Positions 62,857 through 64,000 of a DNA stretch of 64,000 nt are shown piece by piece (position 1 is the first letter of the stretch; the number at the start of each line of letters is the position of its first letter). The notes under the pieces are model-generated. The model had not been told where the DNA came from. It saw only the letters and a program-made list of their open reading frames with translations, and ran no database searches. Origin of the DNA: Chiloscyllium plagiosum (lineage: Eukaryota); assembly GCF_004010195.1 (NCBI RefSeq), contig NC_057751.1, positions 17,131,090 to 17,195,089 of the forward strand, read 5' to 3'. The position numbers and the translations under genes were made by a program.

Positions 62857-63073
62857 CTGAAAATGTGTTGCTGGAAAAGCGCAGCAGGTCAGGCAGCATC
62901 CAGGGAACAGGAGAATCGACGTTTTGGGCATAAGCCCTTCTTCAGGAATCAAAGAAGGGCTTATGCCCGAAACGTCGATTCTCCTGTTCCCTGGATGCTG
63001 CCTGACCTGCTGCGCTTTTCCAGCAACACATTTTCAGCTCTGATCTCCAGCATCTGCAGACCTCACTTTCTCC
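62857..63073 (+). mobile_element. Palindromic family A element with perfect 14-bp TSD
   Basis: TGGTCCACATGATG at 62843-62856 and 63074-63087. Confidence 0.9.
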
Positions 63074-63829
63074 TGGTCCACATGATGTCACGTCCCATTA
63101 TGTATAATTGTTCAGAACCTGAGGTTTTCCTAAACATGCACGTACACCACATGAAAGCTGAAAACTTTCAACTGAGTCAGGAACGAAACATATCCAGTCA
63201 CTCAGAACTGCAGGAAAGGTTATCAGAATATTTATGTTTTCACCCGCCCTCTAGCATCAAAGACAAGTCAGAGTTTTTGATGTACACGACTGATTTCACA
63301 GCCTCGAGCCCTTTAACACCTAAAGAATAAGATTAATTTCTTGCGAGATGCTCCGACCAAGAGGCATGCAATGGTCTAATGCAGTCCACCCTTAATGGTT
63401 TGAGTGTAAGAGACCAGACTCAGTACGACAACAATAAAGAACAGGCCTATATCCCCGAGCTTAAAGTGAACGGGAAGTCGTGACAGTAATGAGGTCTACA
63501 ATGTGGACCTCATAACATATCAGCTTCCTTATTGAAGCTGTGAATCTGGTCCAGTCAGGGAGTTCTGCTGACAGATATAAACAGGACTGTCAGAGGCTCT
63601 GTTTAGTCTGACAGCTGGCTCTGAGGAAGCCGGACCAATGCCAATTACTACATACTTCTAAATAAAGGGTGACTTGGTCCGGAATATTGGCCTTGTGGAG
63701 TTATTTCAGAGTAGATTTCACGAAAGGGCGAAAAGGAAGAGATAGCATCAGCCTTTAGTTGGGAGACACGCTACAAATTCAATCCGCTCCCAATAGGCAA
63801 TCTCAGAATGAACCTGACAATTTGCAAAC

Positions 63830-64000
63830 TTCCCATGTGTTGTCCTTAGAAGAGCTGTTTCATTACTTGCTACTTAATAGCATTGGACGATTTAGAGTGA
63901 ATAGTGCATGCAGTCAGGTCAACATTTTTACCCATTCCCTCATCGTCCAATTGGCAGTTCTGAATTAAGTCCCCTGGGCCTGATGGCATTTATCCTAGGA
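63830..64000 (+). mobile_element. CR1 fragment running off the window
   Basis: Reads KSPGPDGIYPR at the window end. Confidence 0.65.

Larger units (their letters stand above)
56671..63708 (+). mobile_element. Decayed full-length Gypsy LTR retrotransposon with nested insertions
   Basis: 5' LTR about 56671-56898. Protease-like EVDPGMAVSVI near 57421. RT WAALVTIIVKTNGSVSICGDF near 57910. Integrase LVTDNGPSLTS near 62486 and TGIALTELLLGRR near 62717. Purine tract near 63463-63477 and a related 3' LTR about 63477-63708. Confidence 0.75.

Noticed and set aside
62635..63330. Recurrent ORFs such as CCWKSAAGQAASKEQENRRFGH..PEEGLMPETSILLL
   Set aside because: Translations of the palindromic family A element, which read the same on both strands because of the palindrome.

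Overview
Repeat-dominated eukaryotic DNA from a cartilaginous fish. The taxon is inferred from about 12 HE1-type V-SINEs with (AATCT)n tails; the species cannot be determined. Gene content: one apparently intact two-exon GPR139/GPR142-like orphan class A GPCR (27862-27928 joined to 31036-31898, 309 aa), a broken paralogue cut by a CR1 insertion (about 317-1010), and the 3' LRR exons of a pseudogenised NLR-type gene (about 14230-15524). The rest is mostly CR1/L2/Rex-Babar LINE fragments, Penelope-like element (PLE) remnants, a decayed full-length Gypsy element (56671-63708) with nested insertions, satellites and two N gaps. The most notable signal is a set of at least three families of short (about 95-240 bp) insertions. 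They are often palindromic, several are bounded by 10-15 bp target-site duplications (TSDs), and each carries a minimal hammerhead-ribozyme motif (CTGANGA-A-stemII-GAAA-palindrome-NUH). They look like non-autonomous, ribozyme-bearing PLE derivatives. All homology calls are by-eye motif recognition without any database search, and most TE boundaries are approximate.
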